Of a DNA stretch of 64,000 bases, positions 30,636 through 40,304 are shown piece by piece. The notes beneath the pieces were generated by a model. That model was given only the letters and a program-made list of their open reading frames with translations. It did no database searches and had not been told where the DNA came from. The translations under genes and the position numbers were made by a program. Each line of letters begins with the position of its first letter. The stretch's first letter is position 1. Origin of the DNA: a virus (taxonomy: Duplodnaviria > Caudoviricetes). The stretch is taken from positions 1 to 64,000 of IMG/VR virus record IMGVR_UViG_3300017917_003016. One strand, given 5' to 3'.

Positions 30636-31712
30636 ATGGCAAAGCCATTTGATATTTCAAAATTTCGTAAAAGCATTACCAAATCAATCGACGGTTTGGG
30701 AATTGGATTCAATGATCCAACTGACTGGATTTCAACAGGTAACTATACACTAAATTATCTAATCAGCGGCGACTTTCATAAAGGCGTTCCTCTGGGTAAA
30801 GTAACTGTGTTTGCTGGAGAATCTGGTGCAGGTAAGAGTTACATCTGTTCTGGAAACCTTATTCGTCACGCACAAGCACAGGGCATTTATCCTATTCTAA
30901 TTGACACAGAAAACGCCCTAGATGAAGACTGGCTTCGTGCCTTAGGTGTTGATACCGGCGAAGACAAGTTACTGAAACTTAATGTAGCAATGATCGATGA
31001 TGTTGCTAAAATTATCAACGACTTTGTTAAAGAGTACAAACTGCTGCCTGTGGAAGAACGCCCCAAGGTCTTGTTTATTCTAGACAGTTTGGGTATGATG
31101 CTAACACCTACAGATGTTAACCAGTTTGAAGCAGGCGATCTTAAGGGCGATATGGGTCGTAAGCCTAAGGCCCTGACCGCTTTAGTGCGCAACTGTGTAA
31201 ACATGTTTGGTAGTCTAAATATTGGATTAGTTGCTACTAACCACACCTATGCAAGCCAAGATATGTTTGATCCAGATGATAAGATTTCAGGTGGGCAAGG
31301 TTTCATCTATGCATCAAGCATTGTTGTTGCTATGAAGAAGTTAAAGTTGAAGGAAGACGAAGACGGCAACAAGATTTCAGAAGTACGTGGTATTCGTGCA
31401 AGTTGCAAGATTATGAAGACCAGATATGCCAAACCTTTTGAAAGTGTTCAGGTTAAGATTCCCTATGACACAGGGATGAATCCCTACAGTGGACTTACTG
31501 ACATGCTAGAATCTAAGGGCCTGCTGGTCAAAGATGGCAATCGACTGATGTACAAGACTGCTGATGGCAAAGAAATCAAACAGTTTCGTAAGGCCTGGGA
31601 AACTAACGAGGACGGCAGTTTGGACATAGTAATGAAAGAAATTAGTTCTAACGCCAATTTGCTAAGTAAGAATAATTCCTCTGAGGAAGAACAAGGAGAA
31701 ACAGAAGCATGA
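30636..31712 (+). CDS. uvsX: UvsX/RecA-like recombinase
   Basis: Walker A FAGESGAGKS; IDTENALD; ILDSLGMM; TNHTY; SGGQGFIYASS; start MAKPFD after AGGA. Confidence 0.93.
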   Translation: MAKPFDISKFRKSITKSIDGLGIGFNDPTDWISTGNYTLNYLISGDFHKGVPLGKVTVFAGESGAGKSYICSGNLIRHAQAQGIYPILIDTENALDEDWLRALGVDTGEDKLLKLNVAMIDDVAKIINDFVKEYKLLPVEERPKVLFILDSLGMMLTPTDVNQFEAGDLKGDMGRKPKALTALVRNCVNMFGSLNIGLVATNHTYASQDMFDPDDKISGGQGFIYASSIVVAMKKLKLKEDEDGNKISEVRGIRASCKIMKTRYAKPFESVQVKIPYDTGMNPYSGLTDMLESKGLLVKDGNRLMYKTADGKEIKQFRKAWETNEDGSLDIVMKEISSNANLLSKNNSSEEEQGETEA

Positions 31713-31957
31713 CTTTAGAAGTGGATATTCTTAGCGAAATGTGGACAACCTGTAAGGAGTATATTGCTCCTAAGGATCGTCAAGCAGCAGCGGATCACGT
31801 GATCAGCGTGGTTGCAGATCATAATATTACCGAAGATGATCTTAGAGCCATAGGAGGCACAGACAGTTATTTGAAACGTGCAGTGCAAGAATACATGGGC
31901 GAAGATGAGGAAGACGAAGACCCCTATGATGATTCAATTGAGGATGATGATTATTAA
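31709..31957 (+). CDS. Hypothetical acidic protein
   Basis: 82 aa, coupled between uvsX and uvsY. Confidence 0.65.
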   Translation: MTLEVDILSEMWTTCKEYIAPKDRQAAADHVISVVADHNITEDDLRAIGGTDSYLKRAVQEYMGEDEEDEDPYDDSIEDDDY

Positions 31958-32412
31958 TGTGGTATAGCCGGGTAGTAGCCAGTCTTGCTGCAATACCTGA
32001 TTTCATAGCCCATTATGAATCAGAACTTGATCAAGCCAAACGAGAAGTTGGCACATATGGCAACATTGAGAAGAATCTAGCAAACCTTCCGGGCATTACC
32101 GAACATCGATTTAATCAACTGCAGGAAATTGAAGCAGTGCTGAATTATCTTAATATTCAACTGCGAAAGATTCGTAAGAAGCATTTTCAAAAATACCTTG
32201 AGGCCTACCAACGAGCACTAACGTCGAGAGACGCTGAAAAATATGTTGACGGAGAAGATGAAGTCATTGATTTTGAAACTATTATCAATGAGGTTGCACT
32301 TCTACGTAACAAATGGTTAGGTATCATGAAGGGATTAGAAAGCAAGAATTTTATGCTAGGGCATATCACACGTCTACGCACGGCTGGTATGGAGGATGCC
32401 AGTATTGGTTGA
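31957..32412 (+). CDS. uvsY: Recombination mediator UvsY-like
   Basis: KYLEAYQRALTSRDAEKYVDGE...GIMKGLESKNFMLGHITRLRTAGMED; adjacent to uvsX. Confidence 0.8.
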   Translation: MWYSRVVASLAAIPDFIAHYESELDQAKREVGTYGNIEKNLANLPGITEHRFNQLQEIEAVLNYLNIQLRKIRKKHFQKYLEAYQRALTSRDAEKYVDGEDEVIDFETIINEVALLRNKWLGIMKGLESKNFMLGHITRLRTAGMEDASIG

Positions 32413-33316
32413 GAGGCATAGTTTGTCTATTTTAAGCCTGTTGCAACAGTATGAGGTCTTTTTAGAAAGTCTCAAACATATCGCTGATATGGGTTGCGGC
32501 AGCGGTGCCGATATAGATTGGTGGGCTACCTTAGAAAACAGCGAGAATCCCCCAGAACCTTATAATTTCAATTGCTTTGCTGTAGACCGCAGTTCGTCAA
32601 AATTAGCACAGGTCCCAAATCGCAAAAATATACATAAAATAAACAATTCCTATGATGCAGAATTTTTATTTCCTGTTCCTATAGATTTTATTTGGGCACA
32701 CGACTCTCTGCAGTACAGCACCGATCCGTTGCATACCCTGCGCAGATGGAATAGTTATATGAATACCAATGGTATGTTAGTTGTAACGGTTCCGCAGCAC
32801 ACAGGAATTGAGTATGGCCGTCAATACAGCAGAGCATACAATGGTTGTATATATCATTATACTCCACTGATGTTAATCTATATGCTAGCAGTAAACGGAT
32901 TTGATTGTAGGGATGCGTATCTGCTAAAACGCTGGCAAGACCCTTGGATTCAAATGGCAGTGTACAAATCAGACGTTCCGGCAATGGATCCAGCAACAAC
33001 TACATGGTTTGACCTAGCAGATAAAAATTTACTACATCCTAGTATTGTCAATAGTTTAAATTCCAATGGATTTATCAAGCAAGAAGAAATTTTAATGCCG
33101 TGGTTAGACAAAGAACTTTATTTTATAGACTACGTTAGTCAACGAATGGAAACTCCTCCGGCCACTGAAACCACTGGTGTTATAAATGACGATGTTACTC
33201 GATCTGACAGAATCAGTATTGAACAACCTAAAGAAGCAGTGCGAGCAACTGAAATATTAAAGCCGCGGCCATTGTTAAATAAACCACCAACACGTAAGAG
33301 TTATAAAAATGCCTGA
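32396..33316 (+). CDS. Class I SAM-dependent methyltransferase
   Basis: IADMGCGSG motif I; DFIWAHDSLQY; NGMLVVTVP. Confidence 0.8.
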   Translation: MPVLVERHSLSILSLLQQYEVFLESLKHIADMGCGSGADIDWWATLENSENPPEPYNFNCFAVDRSSSKLAQVPNRKNIHKINNSYDAEFLFPVPIDFIWAHDSLQYSTDPLHTLRRWNSYMNTNGMLVVTVPQHTGIEYGRQYSRAYNGCIYHYTPLMLIYMLAVNGFDCRDAYLLKRWQDPWIQMAVYKSDVPAMDPATTTWFDLADKNLLHPSIVNSLNSNGFIKQEEILMPWLDKELYFIDYVSQRMETPPATETTGVINDDVTRSDRISIEQPKEAVRATEILKPRPLLNKPPTRKSYKNA

Positions 33317-33746
33317 GAAAATTGTTCTAGTAACCGGCGGTTTTGATCCTATTCATTTAGGGCATATTGAATATTTTACCGAGGCTAAACGTTTAGGGGA
33401 TAAACTAGTAGTAGGAGTCAATTCTGATTCTTGGCTAACACGCAAAAAAGGCAAGGCATTCATGCTTAGATATGATCGCATGCGCATAATTTCTAATTTG
33501 CGCATGGTTGACTATGTCTTAGAATTCAACGACGACGACGATACGGCTAATCATGCTATAAAACTAACCAAACAGACTTGGCCTACAGCAGAAATTATCT
33601 TTGCCAATGGGGGCGACAGAAACAAAGGTAATATTCCGGAAATGTCTATAGAAGGCGTTGAATTTGTATTTGGTGTTGGCGGGACTATCAAAAGATCCAG
33701 CAGCAGTAAGTTGTTAGATGAATGGTGCAGGAATTTCGATAAATAG
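33309..33746 (+). CDS. Cytidylyltransferase-like (RfaE domain II / TagD family) nucleotidyltransferase
   Basis: VTGGFDPIHLGH (HxGH); VVGVNSD; FANGGDR; SSS terminal motif. Confidence 0.88.
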   Translation: MPEKIVLVTGGFDPIHLGHIEYFTEAKRLGDKLVVGVNSDSWLTRKKGKAFMLRYDRMRIISNLRMVDYVLEFNDDDDTANHAIKLTKQTWPTAEIIFANGGDRNKGNIPEMSIEGVEFVFGVGGTIKRSSSSKLLDEWCRNFDK

Positions 33747-33752
33747 AGTATC

Positions 33753-35282
33753 ATGCGCGATCTAATAGAAATAGTTACTGAAAGTGTAGGGCTAGCCAAC
33801 AGAATTCCTGGCCAAAAATTTGTCAATCCTGAAACCAAAAAAACTATTACGTTCCAAAGTTTGATATTTTACCCAGAGTCTGGCAGATTTGAATCACCGG
33901 ACAAATTAAACGATGCTATTAATAGTTTATATCATGCTAGTGACATTCAGTGGTCTAATAAACCAACCAGTTTAACTGGTGGTTTTGGTATAGCACAATT
34001 TGGAGATGACGAAACAGGTGAGTACATTTATATCGGAAGATTTTTTAAGGAAATCAGCCCCAATCCTGTAGAAAACAATTTTCCAAACTCTGCTGTTCCT
34101 GGATTTAGATTTCAGGGTAAGTCAGCAGAAAAAGAGCGCACAGGTTATAAGCCCAGCGAAATTTTAACACAATTTGAAAACAATACTCCGCAGTCGATTC
34201 TACAGCAGGTTGTAGAAAAATTTGGCGCAGACAGTGCCATTGCACAGGCTACAAAGATATTTGTAGAATCAGATAGTCTGCCAGTGGTTATGCCTAAAGG
34301 TGATATCAATTTTGCCAGTTTTAGAGACTATTTTTGCGAATTGCTGCAACCGATTGCTTTGATCAAGGGAATGAATGTTGCAGGGAATGCCAAAGAAGCA
34401 GAACAGATATTTTTTGGCGATGCAGGCTTTGACACTAGTACGGTAAGTTTCAACACCGGAGCCATTGGTGGTTTGTCAGACAGTGTGTTAACAAATTCTG
34501 AAGGGCGTGAAATAAAACTCAGTAGTAAAGGCGCTAAGGGTGCTAAAGCCAGTGCAGTTAATTTATTAAACAGTGTTAAGGAACTAGAAGAAACTCCACG
34601 TGGAAAAGATCTAATAGAAAAGTATCAAAACGTCATTGGGATCTTAAACATAATCAAAGACCAAGGGCACTTTATGGCTCCTTTACAACTGGCTGCAATG
34701 TATGGAATTATTTCTAACGAAGACATTCCCTATGTTGAAACACTTAAGAAATATGGACCAAACGATAAAATCATAGGTTCAGGAGTTCTAACACCGACAC
34801 TGGAAAAATTGTATACTGAAAGAAAATCATCTAGCCCAGAACGAATCGTACCTAGAGAACATCTTACAGCAGCCATTGCCTATAAAGTGGCTGAGTATGT
34901 AAATGAGAATACAAACTTTGGTGAGGCTGCTTCTGAAATACTCAATAACGGTGCTTTGGTCCAGATGTACACAGATGCAGCAGAAAAGGGTGACACTATC
35001 ATTATTAAAGGTTTTAGAACAGTCTATCCTAGCACAGCAGTTACTGGTGTTGAACTAGATGCTAGCAAAACCTATTTTAGCACTGGTGGTAAAGGCAACT
35101 TTGTTTTTAATATTTTGTACAACGGCGCAACCAGCAAAGACATACAAGACCAAGAGGTACAGCAACAGGCCTCTGCTGCAAAACAAGATGAAATTGAGAA
35201 AAAAATTCAAGATATTGCACAAAGAAAACCAGTACTGAAACCTCGTGCTAAACGCGAAGACGAGCCAAGACAACTGCGATAA
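33753..35282 (+). CDS. Late hypothetical protein, possibly virion-packaged with a nuclease-like motif
   Basis: Late promoter at 33738-33745; MRDLIEIVTE N-terminus; LSDSVLTNSEGREIKLSSKG. Confidence 0.6.
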   Translation: MRDLIEIVTESVGLANRIPGQKFVNPETKKTITFQSLIFYPESGRFESPDKLNDAINSLYHASDIQWSNKPTSLTGGFGIAQFGDDETGEYIYIGRFFKEISPNPVENNFPNSAVPGFRFQGKSAEKERTGYKPSEILTQFENNTPQSILQQVVEKFGADSAIAQATKIFVESDSLPVVMPKGDINFASFRDYFCELLQPIALIKGMNVAGNAKEAEQIFFGDAGFDTSTVSFNTGAIGGLSDSVLTNSEGREIKLSSKGAKGAKASAVNLLNSVKELEETPRGKDLIEKYQNVIGILNIIKDQGHFMAPLQLAAMYGIISNEDIPYVETLKKYGPNDKIIGSGVLTPTLEKLYTERKSSSPERIVPREHLTAAIAYKVAEYVNENTNFGEAASEILNNGALVQMYTDAAEKGDTIIIKGFRTVYPSTAVTGVELDASKTYFSTGGKGNFVFNILYNGATSKDIQDQEVQQQASAAKQDEIEKKIQDIAQRKPVLKPRAKREDEPRQLR

Positions 35283-35337
35283 TAGTTGACAAATCTATTT
35301 TAACCCCTATATTATATTAATCTCAAGGAGAATCCAT

Positions 35338-35586
35338 ATGACCATTCGAACATTGCGAACGTCGATTGAAAAAGTAGATCTTGATGCATGCATTAAAGAG
35401 TTTGGGGGTAGTAGATATAATTTAATTTTAGCATCCACAGTGCGCGCCAGAGAAATTGCATACCAAAGATTATTGGCTGCAAAAGGAGGCGGTAACATTG
35501 CTTACGAAAGCAAACCTGCAGTAGAAGCACTGTGTGAAATAGCCGCAGGCAAGATAGATAAAAGTTACTTAAAAAAGGTTAAATAG
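35338..35586 (+). CDS. rpoZ: RNA polymerase omega subunit-like protein
   Basis: SRYNLILASTVRAREI...KPAVEALCEIAAGKI parallels omega (NRFDLVLVAARRARQM...KTTVIALREIEEGLI); TTGACA promoter at 35286. Confidence 0.8.
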   Translation: MTIRTLRTSIEKVDLDACIKEFGGSRYNLILASTVRAREIAYQRLLAAKGGGNIAYESKPAVEALCEIAAGKIDKSYLKKVK

Positions 35587-35594
35587 GAGATAGT

Positions 35595-35771
35595 ATGGCA
35601 ACCGTTCACAATAAATTACCTAAAACTGTCAAAAGATTAATGGCTTTGATGCCCGATCAAAGCCGCGTTTCGGTGTTCAAACACATGATGATTGATGCAG
35701 AAAAAAGTTTTCAGGCTGCTCGAAATCGCAGAGCAACTGACATAGATTTAAACAAGACCGGAAACGATTAG
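35595..35771 (+). CDS. Small basic hypothetical protein (58 aa)
   Basis: Not in the ORF track; AGGAG RBS; MATVHNKLPKTVKRLMALMPDQ... Confidence 0.65.
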   Translation: MATVHNKLPKTVKRLMALMPDQSRVSVFKHMMIDAEKSFQAARNRRATDIDLNKTGND

Positions 35772-35814
35772 CAATCTATTATCGACGTTGAGATGCGTCG
35801 ATAAATAGTTTTCT

Positions 35815-36852
35815 ATGTCTAAACATCTTAAATTTTTGCTAGTTTATGGCGCTATATTATTTGGCGCCATAAATTATACTAGCATGGAAATTCATCAAAT
35901 ATTTGCCTTGTTGGCAGCACCCGCCTTATGGGCAGTGTTTGAACTAGCAAAAATTACCAATGACGTTAAGGTAAAAATAGCCCAGGCTATAGCCTACAGT
36001 GTAGCCGCCGGCACACTAATTTGGTTTTGGGATCTAAAACTATTTTTAGTAGCCTTGTTTTTAGGTTGGATATTGTTTGGTCTGGGAGTTAGTATTTGCC
36101 TACATAAATGGGCTAGCCATAAAACATTTGTACCTAAAAATAGATTTTACAAATGGTTAATTTTATGGTTTGGAACCATTTGTACACTGGGAAGTACTGT
36201 AAGTTGGGCTGCCGGTCATCGCAAGCATCATCAATATACAGATAAAGAGGGTGATCCTCATAGACCGGCTGGAAATTTCTGGCACAAGGTCAAAGTATAC
36301 TTTTATTATTTTCCCACTTATCACATTAGTCCGATGATCATCAAAGATCTAACGTCAGATGTAGATCATAAGTGGTTTCATAAAAACTATTACATCATAA
36401 TCTACAGTTATGCACTATCTTTGTTAATGATAGGTCCAGAATATTTAGGTTATTTCTATGCATTACCAGTTTTATATGTTTTTACTGGAATTAGTTGGGT
36501 AACTGTCATTGCTCATATTCCCAGCACCGGACGTTTTGGTTATCGAAGTGATACCTATCGAATTTATAACAGCGATGATTATACCTATAATAGCCATGTG
36601 TGGCAATTTCTATTAATGGGGGAAGGATATCATAACACACACCATGCTTGTCCTTGGTTATGGAACAATGCTGTATTGCCAGGGGAATTTGATATTAGTG
36701 CTAAGATTATCAAATTGATTGGCAATCCTTATGATAAACCTCCTAGTCCCTTTGTTGATGTTCGCCGCGGAAAAAAATTGTGGGAAGAAATTGCCATGGT
36801 TAAAGCAAAGAATACAATTGATGACCGTCCGGAAAAACTGCGCGATACTTAA
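35815..36852 (+). CDS. Membrane fatty-acid (delta-9-type) desaturase 1
   Basis: Three His boxes HKWASH, HRKHH and GEGYHNTHH; multiple hydrophobic segments; late promoter at 35800-35807. Confidence 0.88.
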   Translation: MSKHLKFLLVYGAILFGAINYTSMEIHQIFALLAAPALWAVFELAKITNDVKVKIAQAIAYSVAAGTLIWFWDLKLFLVALFLGWILFGLGVSICLHKWASHKTFVPKNRFYKWLILWFGTICTLGSTVSWAAGHRKHHQYTDKEGDPHRPAGNFWHKVKVYFYYFPTYHISPMIIKDLTSDVDHKWFHKNYYIIIYSYALSLLMIGPEYLGYFYALPVLYVFTGISWVTVIAHIPSTGRFGYRSDTYRIYNSDDYTYNSHVWQFLLMGEGYHNTHHACPWLWNNAVLPGEFDISAKIIKLIGNPYDKPPSPFVDVRRGKKLWEEIAMVKAKNTIDDRPEKLRDT

Positions 36853-37554
36853 ATGCAAATAAAACCTATTGCTCTCATTGGTTATAGATCTGGCTTAGAT
36901 TTGTTTATTGAAACAGCAGATGAACTTGGAATAGAAATAGCAGGAATATATGACAAATATTTTTATGGGAATACTAGTCATCTAGATAGCATTCCAGTCA
37001 TCGGTAACGAGGAAAATATTTCTGATCAAGAAAAAAATCTTTACAATTTTATTCTTTCTAGCGGTAATGCCGGCCATTACAATCCAAAAAATCCAGAACA
37101 CAGTGGAGATAATCTAAGACGCACTAGAATAAAACTCATGCGCGAGCAAAAGTTACCATTGACAAATTTGATAAGTAAACACGCATATATTAGCCCAAAA
37201 ACAAAACTAGGTAGCAGTATAGTAATTGCTCGCGACTGTTATGTTCGAGCCAAAACAACAATTAACGATTTTTGTTATCTAGATAGTGGATCAGCAGTGG
37301 CACACGATGTTATTTTAGGAGAAAATGTTATATTGGCTCCCTACAGTTTTGTGGGCGGGCACGTATGCATAGGTAATAATGTAATGATAGGCGCCGGCAG
37401 CATGGCTATAAACGGGTATCATGATAAATCTTTAGAAATTGGCAATGATGTCAAAATTATGGCTGGGAGCATGATTATGAGAGATGTGCCCAACGGAAAA
37501 TTTGTACATAATAGTGGTAGAATGATTCAACGATTAGATTACAAAAAGGATTAG
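36853..37554 (+). CDS. Hexapeptide-repeat sugar O/N-acetyltransferase (PglD/NeuD-like)
   Basis: N-terminal Rossmann-like IALIGY; left-handed beta-helix repeats; AVAHDVILGENV. Confidence 0.85.
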   Translation: MQIKPIALIGYRSGLDLFIETADELGIEIAGIYDKYFYGNTSHLDSIPVIGNEENISDQEKNLYNFILSSGNAGHYNPKNPEHSGDNLRRTRIKLMREQKLPLTNLISKHAYISPKTKLGSSIVIARDCYVRAKTTINDFCYLDSGSAVAHDVILGENVILAPYSFVGGHVCIGNNVMIGAGSMAINGYHDKSLEIGNDVKIMAGSMIMRDVPNGKFVHNSGRMIQRLDYKKD

Positions 37555-37560
37555 TTAATA

Positions 37561-38847
37561 ATGGACTATAAAATAGCAGATATAAATTTAGCCCCATGGG
37601 GACATCGAGAAATAGCCATTGCGGAAACAGAAATGCCGGGGCTAATGAGCGTCCTAGAAGAATATCGCGCCCAGCAACCTCTTAAGGGCGCACGTATAGC
37701 AGGCAGTCTGCACATGACCATACAGACCGCAGTATTGGTCAAGGTTCTAGTTGCATTGGGCGCAGAAGTTCGTTGGTCAAGTTGTAACATTTTTAGTACA
37801 CAAGACCATGCAGCAGCAGCCCTGGCAGATCTAGGTATACCTGTGTTTGCTTGGAAAGGTGAAACAGAAGAAGAATATTGGTGGTGTATAGAACAGACTA
37901 TACAAGGCCCCAACGGTTGGAAGCCCAACATGCTGCTAGATGATGGGCATGATCTTACTTGGTGGGTACATCAGAATCGTCCTGATTTATTAGACAATAT
38001 CATAGGAGTTACAGAAGAAACTACTACAGGTATACATAAGATACGTGAAGCACAGGCCCGCGGCGAGTTCCGCCTGCGTGCTATCAATGTCAACGATTCA
38101 GTAACAAAATCAAAGTTTGACAACCTTTATGGTTGCAGAGAAAGTCTAGTGGACGGCATCAAACGTGCAACAGATGTTATGATTGCTGGTAAGATTGCAG
38201 TGGTTGCAGGATTTGGTGATGTAGGCAAGGGCAGTGCTGCTGCGTTGCGAGCATTGAGTGCCCAGGTCTGGGTAACTGAAATAGATCCTATCTGCGCACT
38301 ACAAGCAGCCATGGAAGGATATCGTGTGGTCACCATGGATTGGGCTGCTGACAAAGCAGACATATTCGTTACTGCCACAGGCAACATCGATGTGATTACA
38401 CACGACCACATGGCAAAGATGAAGCATAACGCCATAGTGTGCAATATAGGCCACTTTGACAGTGAAATTGATATTACTAGCCTAGAAAAGTATGAGTGGG
38501 AAGAAATTAAACCACAGGTTGATCACGTGATATTCCCAGACGGTCGTCGTATTATTGTGCTAGCCAAAGGACGCCTGGTAAATCTAGGCTGTGCAACAGG
38601 GCACCCTAGTTACGTTATGAGTAACAGTTTCACTAATCAGGTCATAGCACAGATAGAACTGTATACCAACTATAAAAATTATGAGGTTGGTGAACTATAT
38701 CTGCTGCCCAAAAATTTAGACGAACTAGTGGCTAAATTACATCTAAAGAAAATTGGTGCAGAGTTAACTAATTTAACCTATGAACAGGCAGAATACATAG
38801 GAGTTGAGGTACATGGCCCATACAAGCCAGACACCTATCGTTATTAG
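37561..38847 (+). CDS. ahcY: S-adenosylhomocysteine hydrolase
   Basis: [14 protein letters not shown]; SCNIFSTQD; EETTTG; [14 protein letters not shown]; GFGDVGKG; [11 protein letters not shown]; [10 protein letters not shown]. Confidence 0.98.
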   Translation: MDYKIADINLAPWGHREIAIAETEMPGLMSVLEEYRAQQPLKGARIAGSLHMTIQTAVLVKVLVALGAEVRWSSCNIFSTQDHAAAALADLGIPVFAWKGETEEEYWWCIEQTIQGPNGWKPNMLLDDGHDLTWWVHQNRPDLLDNIIGVTEETTTGIHKIREAQARGEFRLRAINVNDSVTKSKFDNLYGCRESLVDGIKRATDVMIAGKIAVVAGFGDVGKGSAAALRALSAQVWVTEIDPICALQAAMEGYRVVTMDWAADKADIFVTATGNIDVITHDHMAKMKHNAIVCNIGHFDSEIDITSLEKYEWEEIKPQVDHVIFPDGRRIIVLAKGRLVNLGCATGHPSYVMSNSFTNQVIAQIELYTNYKNYEVGELYLLPKNLDELVAKLHLKKIGAELTNLTYEQAEYIGVEVHGPYKPDTYRY

Positions 38848-38872
38848 GAAATTTTACCAAATAAGTGAAAAA

Positions 38873-38913
38873 ATGTTGCAGAGCAGCATAATTTTTCATA
38901 TAATGTATAAATA
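38873..38913 (+). promoter_or_regulatory. Sigma70 promoter overlapped by a PhaR-like operator, followed by a late promoter
   Basis: ATGTTGC-AGA-GCAGCAT (38873-38889) covers -35 TTGCAG; N17; TATAAT 38899-38904; TATAAATA 38906-38913. Confidence 0.6.
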
Positions 38914-38985
38914 GATGTAGCAGTAAGGGGATGCTGCGGGTGCAGGTCTCACAAGTAAACTCGCTTATTTAAAAGGAGAACGCAA

Positions 38986-39177
38986 ATGTTTACAGTTGAT
39001 TATGCAGTTGAGCAAGGTGTTAAGAACGCCAAGACCGTTAGTGCTTTGATTACAAACAAGGAACTTCGTACTGAAGTTGACCGTTTCATTGATGCACAGG
39101 CCGAATATACTAAGACTCTAGTAGAATCAGTGACTAAGATCGGCAAGGCATTTTACGGTTCTGTAGCGACCAAGTAA
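38986..39177 (+). CDS. Phasin-like small amphipathic protein
   Basis: 63 aa, helical, FIDAQAEYTKTLVESV pattern; strong AAGGAG RBS; PhaR-like site upstream. Confidence 0.5.
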   Translation: MFTVDYAVEQGVKNAKTVSALITNKELRTEVDRFIDAQAEYTKTLVESVTKIGKAFYGSVATK

Positions 39178-39197
39178 TTGTATACTTGATCAATACC

Positions 39198-39220
39198 AAG
39201 CCCGCTATATGCGGGCTTTT
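39198..39220 (+). terminator. Rho-independent terminator
   Basis: AAGCCCGC-tatat-GCGGGCTTTT. Confidence 0.85.
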
Positions 39221-39232
39221 ATTTTGATGTTT

Positions 39233-39250
39233 TTGTAATAATAGTGTAAT
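39233..39250 (+). promoter_or_regulatory. Putative Pho box
   Basis: TTGTAAT-AATA-GTGTAAT, 11-bp-period direct repeat resembling CTGTCAT-A(A/T)A(T/A)-CTGT(C/A)A(C/T). Confidence 0.4.
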
Positions 39251-39301
39251 TGATTTTCAAGTAAATATAAAGTAAGTTATAAGATTATTGAAAGGGTGTC
39301 G

Positions 39302-39403
39302 ATGATTGAAATTTTCTTAGGAATTCTAGGAGAAGCATTGCAAGAAATAGGGGTATATCTTATGGTTCTTGTTGCTGCATCAATATGGAACATTTCAAAT
39401 TAA
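39302..39403 (+). CDS. Small hydrophobic peptide (33 aa)
   Basis: MIEIFLGILGEALQEIGVYLMVLVAASIWNISN; AAAGGG RBS; not in the ORF track. Confidence 0.45.
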   Translation: MIEIFLGILGEALQEIGVYLMVLVAASIWNISN

Positions 39404-39427
39404 AAAACAAATTTGTATTTGATTACC

Positions 39428-39457
39428 CAAGGGGTACTGCTTCGGTAGTACCCCTTG
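39428..39457 (+). other. 13-bp stem with C(UUCG)G tetraloop upstream of the plcP-like gene
   Basis: CAAGGGGTACTGC-TTCG-GTAGTACCCCTTG; no U-tract follows. Confidence 0.8.
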
Positions 39458-39476
39458 TCACATTGTGAGATAAAAA

Positions 39477-40304
39477 ATGGAGCAGAACAAAACATATAAA
39501 ACAATCTGTATATCAGATGTTCACTTGGGCAGCAAAGATTCACAGGCTTCGTTGCTGAATAATTTTCTCAAGAACAACAGTTGCAGCCATCTCTTTTTAG
39601 TAGGGGACATAATCGACGGTTGGAAAATACAACAAAACAAGTGGCGCTGGAAACAGAGCCACTCAAATGTAGTGCGCCGCGTTTTGGGAATGGCTAAACA
39701 CGGTACTAAAGTTACTTACATTACAGGCAACCATGACGAATTTTTAAGACCTTTTGTTACCAATGCATTTTTAATGGGTAATATTACAGTGGTTAATCAG
39801 GCAGAATATCGCGACACTGACGGCAATCTTTATCTGTTAACACATGGCGATATGTTTGATGGAATTACTCGAGCAGCCAAATGGTTAAATCTTCTCGGTG
39901 ACAAAGCCTATGATTTTGTATTGTGGATTAATACACATTTCAATTGGTGGAGGCATAGATTTGGTTTTGGCTATTGGAGCCTAAGTAAATTTCTCAAGCA
40001 CAGAGTAAAACGTGCGGTAAATTTCATTTTTGAATTTGAATCAGTACTAGTCAACTATTGTCGTAAAAGAGGATTTGATGGGGTTATCTGTGGGCACATA
40101 CACACTCCAGAAATAAAAACTATCGATGGGATAAACTACATGAACTGCGGCGATTGGGTAGAAAGTTGTTCTGCCTTGGTAGAACACTGGGATGGCCGTT
40201 GGGAAATAGTCTATTGGACAAAGGAGCAAGAAGATGTGGTTATTGCTTTTAACAGCAGTGCACGTGAACAATCCAAACGACATACCAGCAAAAATGTGGC
40301 TTGA
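39477..40304 (+). CDS. PlcP-like metallophosphoesterase (LpxH-related phospholipase C)
   Basis: SDVHLG, GDIIDGW, GNHD, HGD, CGHIH and NCGDWVES motifs; paired with a GT4 gene. Confidence 0.8.
   Translation: MEQNKTYKTICISDVHLGSKDSQASLLNNFLKNNSCSHLFLVGDIIDGWKIQQNKWRWKQSHSNVVRRVLGMAKHGTKVTYITGNHDEFLRPFVTNAFLMGNITVVNQAEYRDTDGNLYLLTHGDMFDGITRAAKWLNLLGDKAYDFVLWINTHFNWWRHRFGFGYWSLSKFLKHRVKRAVNFIFEFESVLVNYCRKRGFDGVICGHIHTPEIKTIDGINYMNCGDWVESCSALVEHWDGRWEIVYWTKEQEDVVIAFNSSAREQSKRHTSKNVA

Noticed and set aside
39477-40304. LpxH lipid A biosynthesis enzyme
   Set aside because: GNHD instead of GNRD, the GDWVES motif and the adjacent GT4 fit the PlcP-type subgroup better
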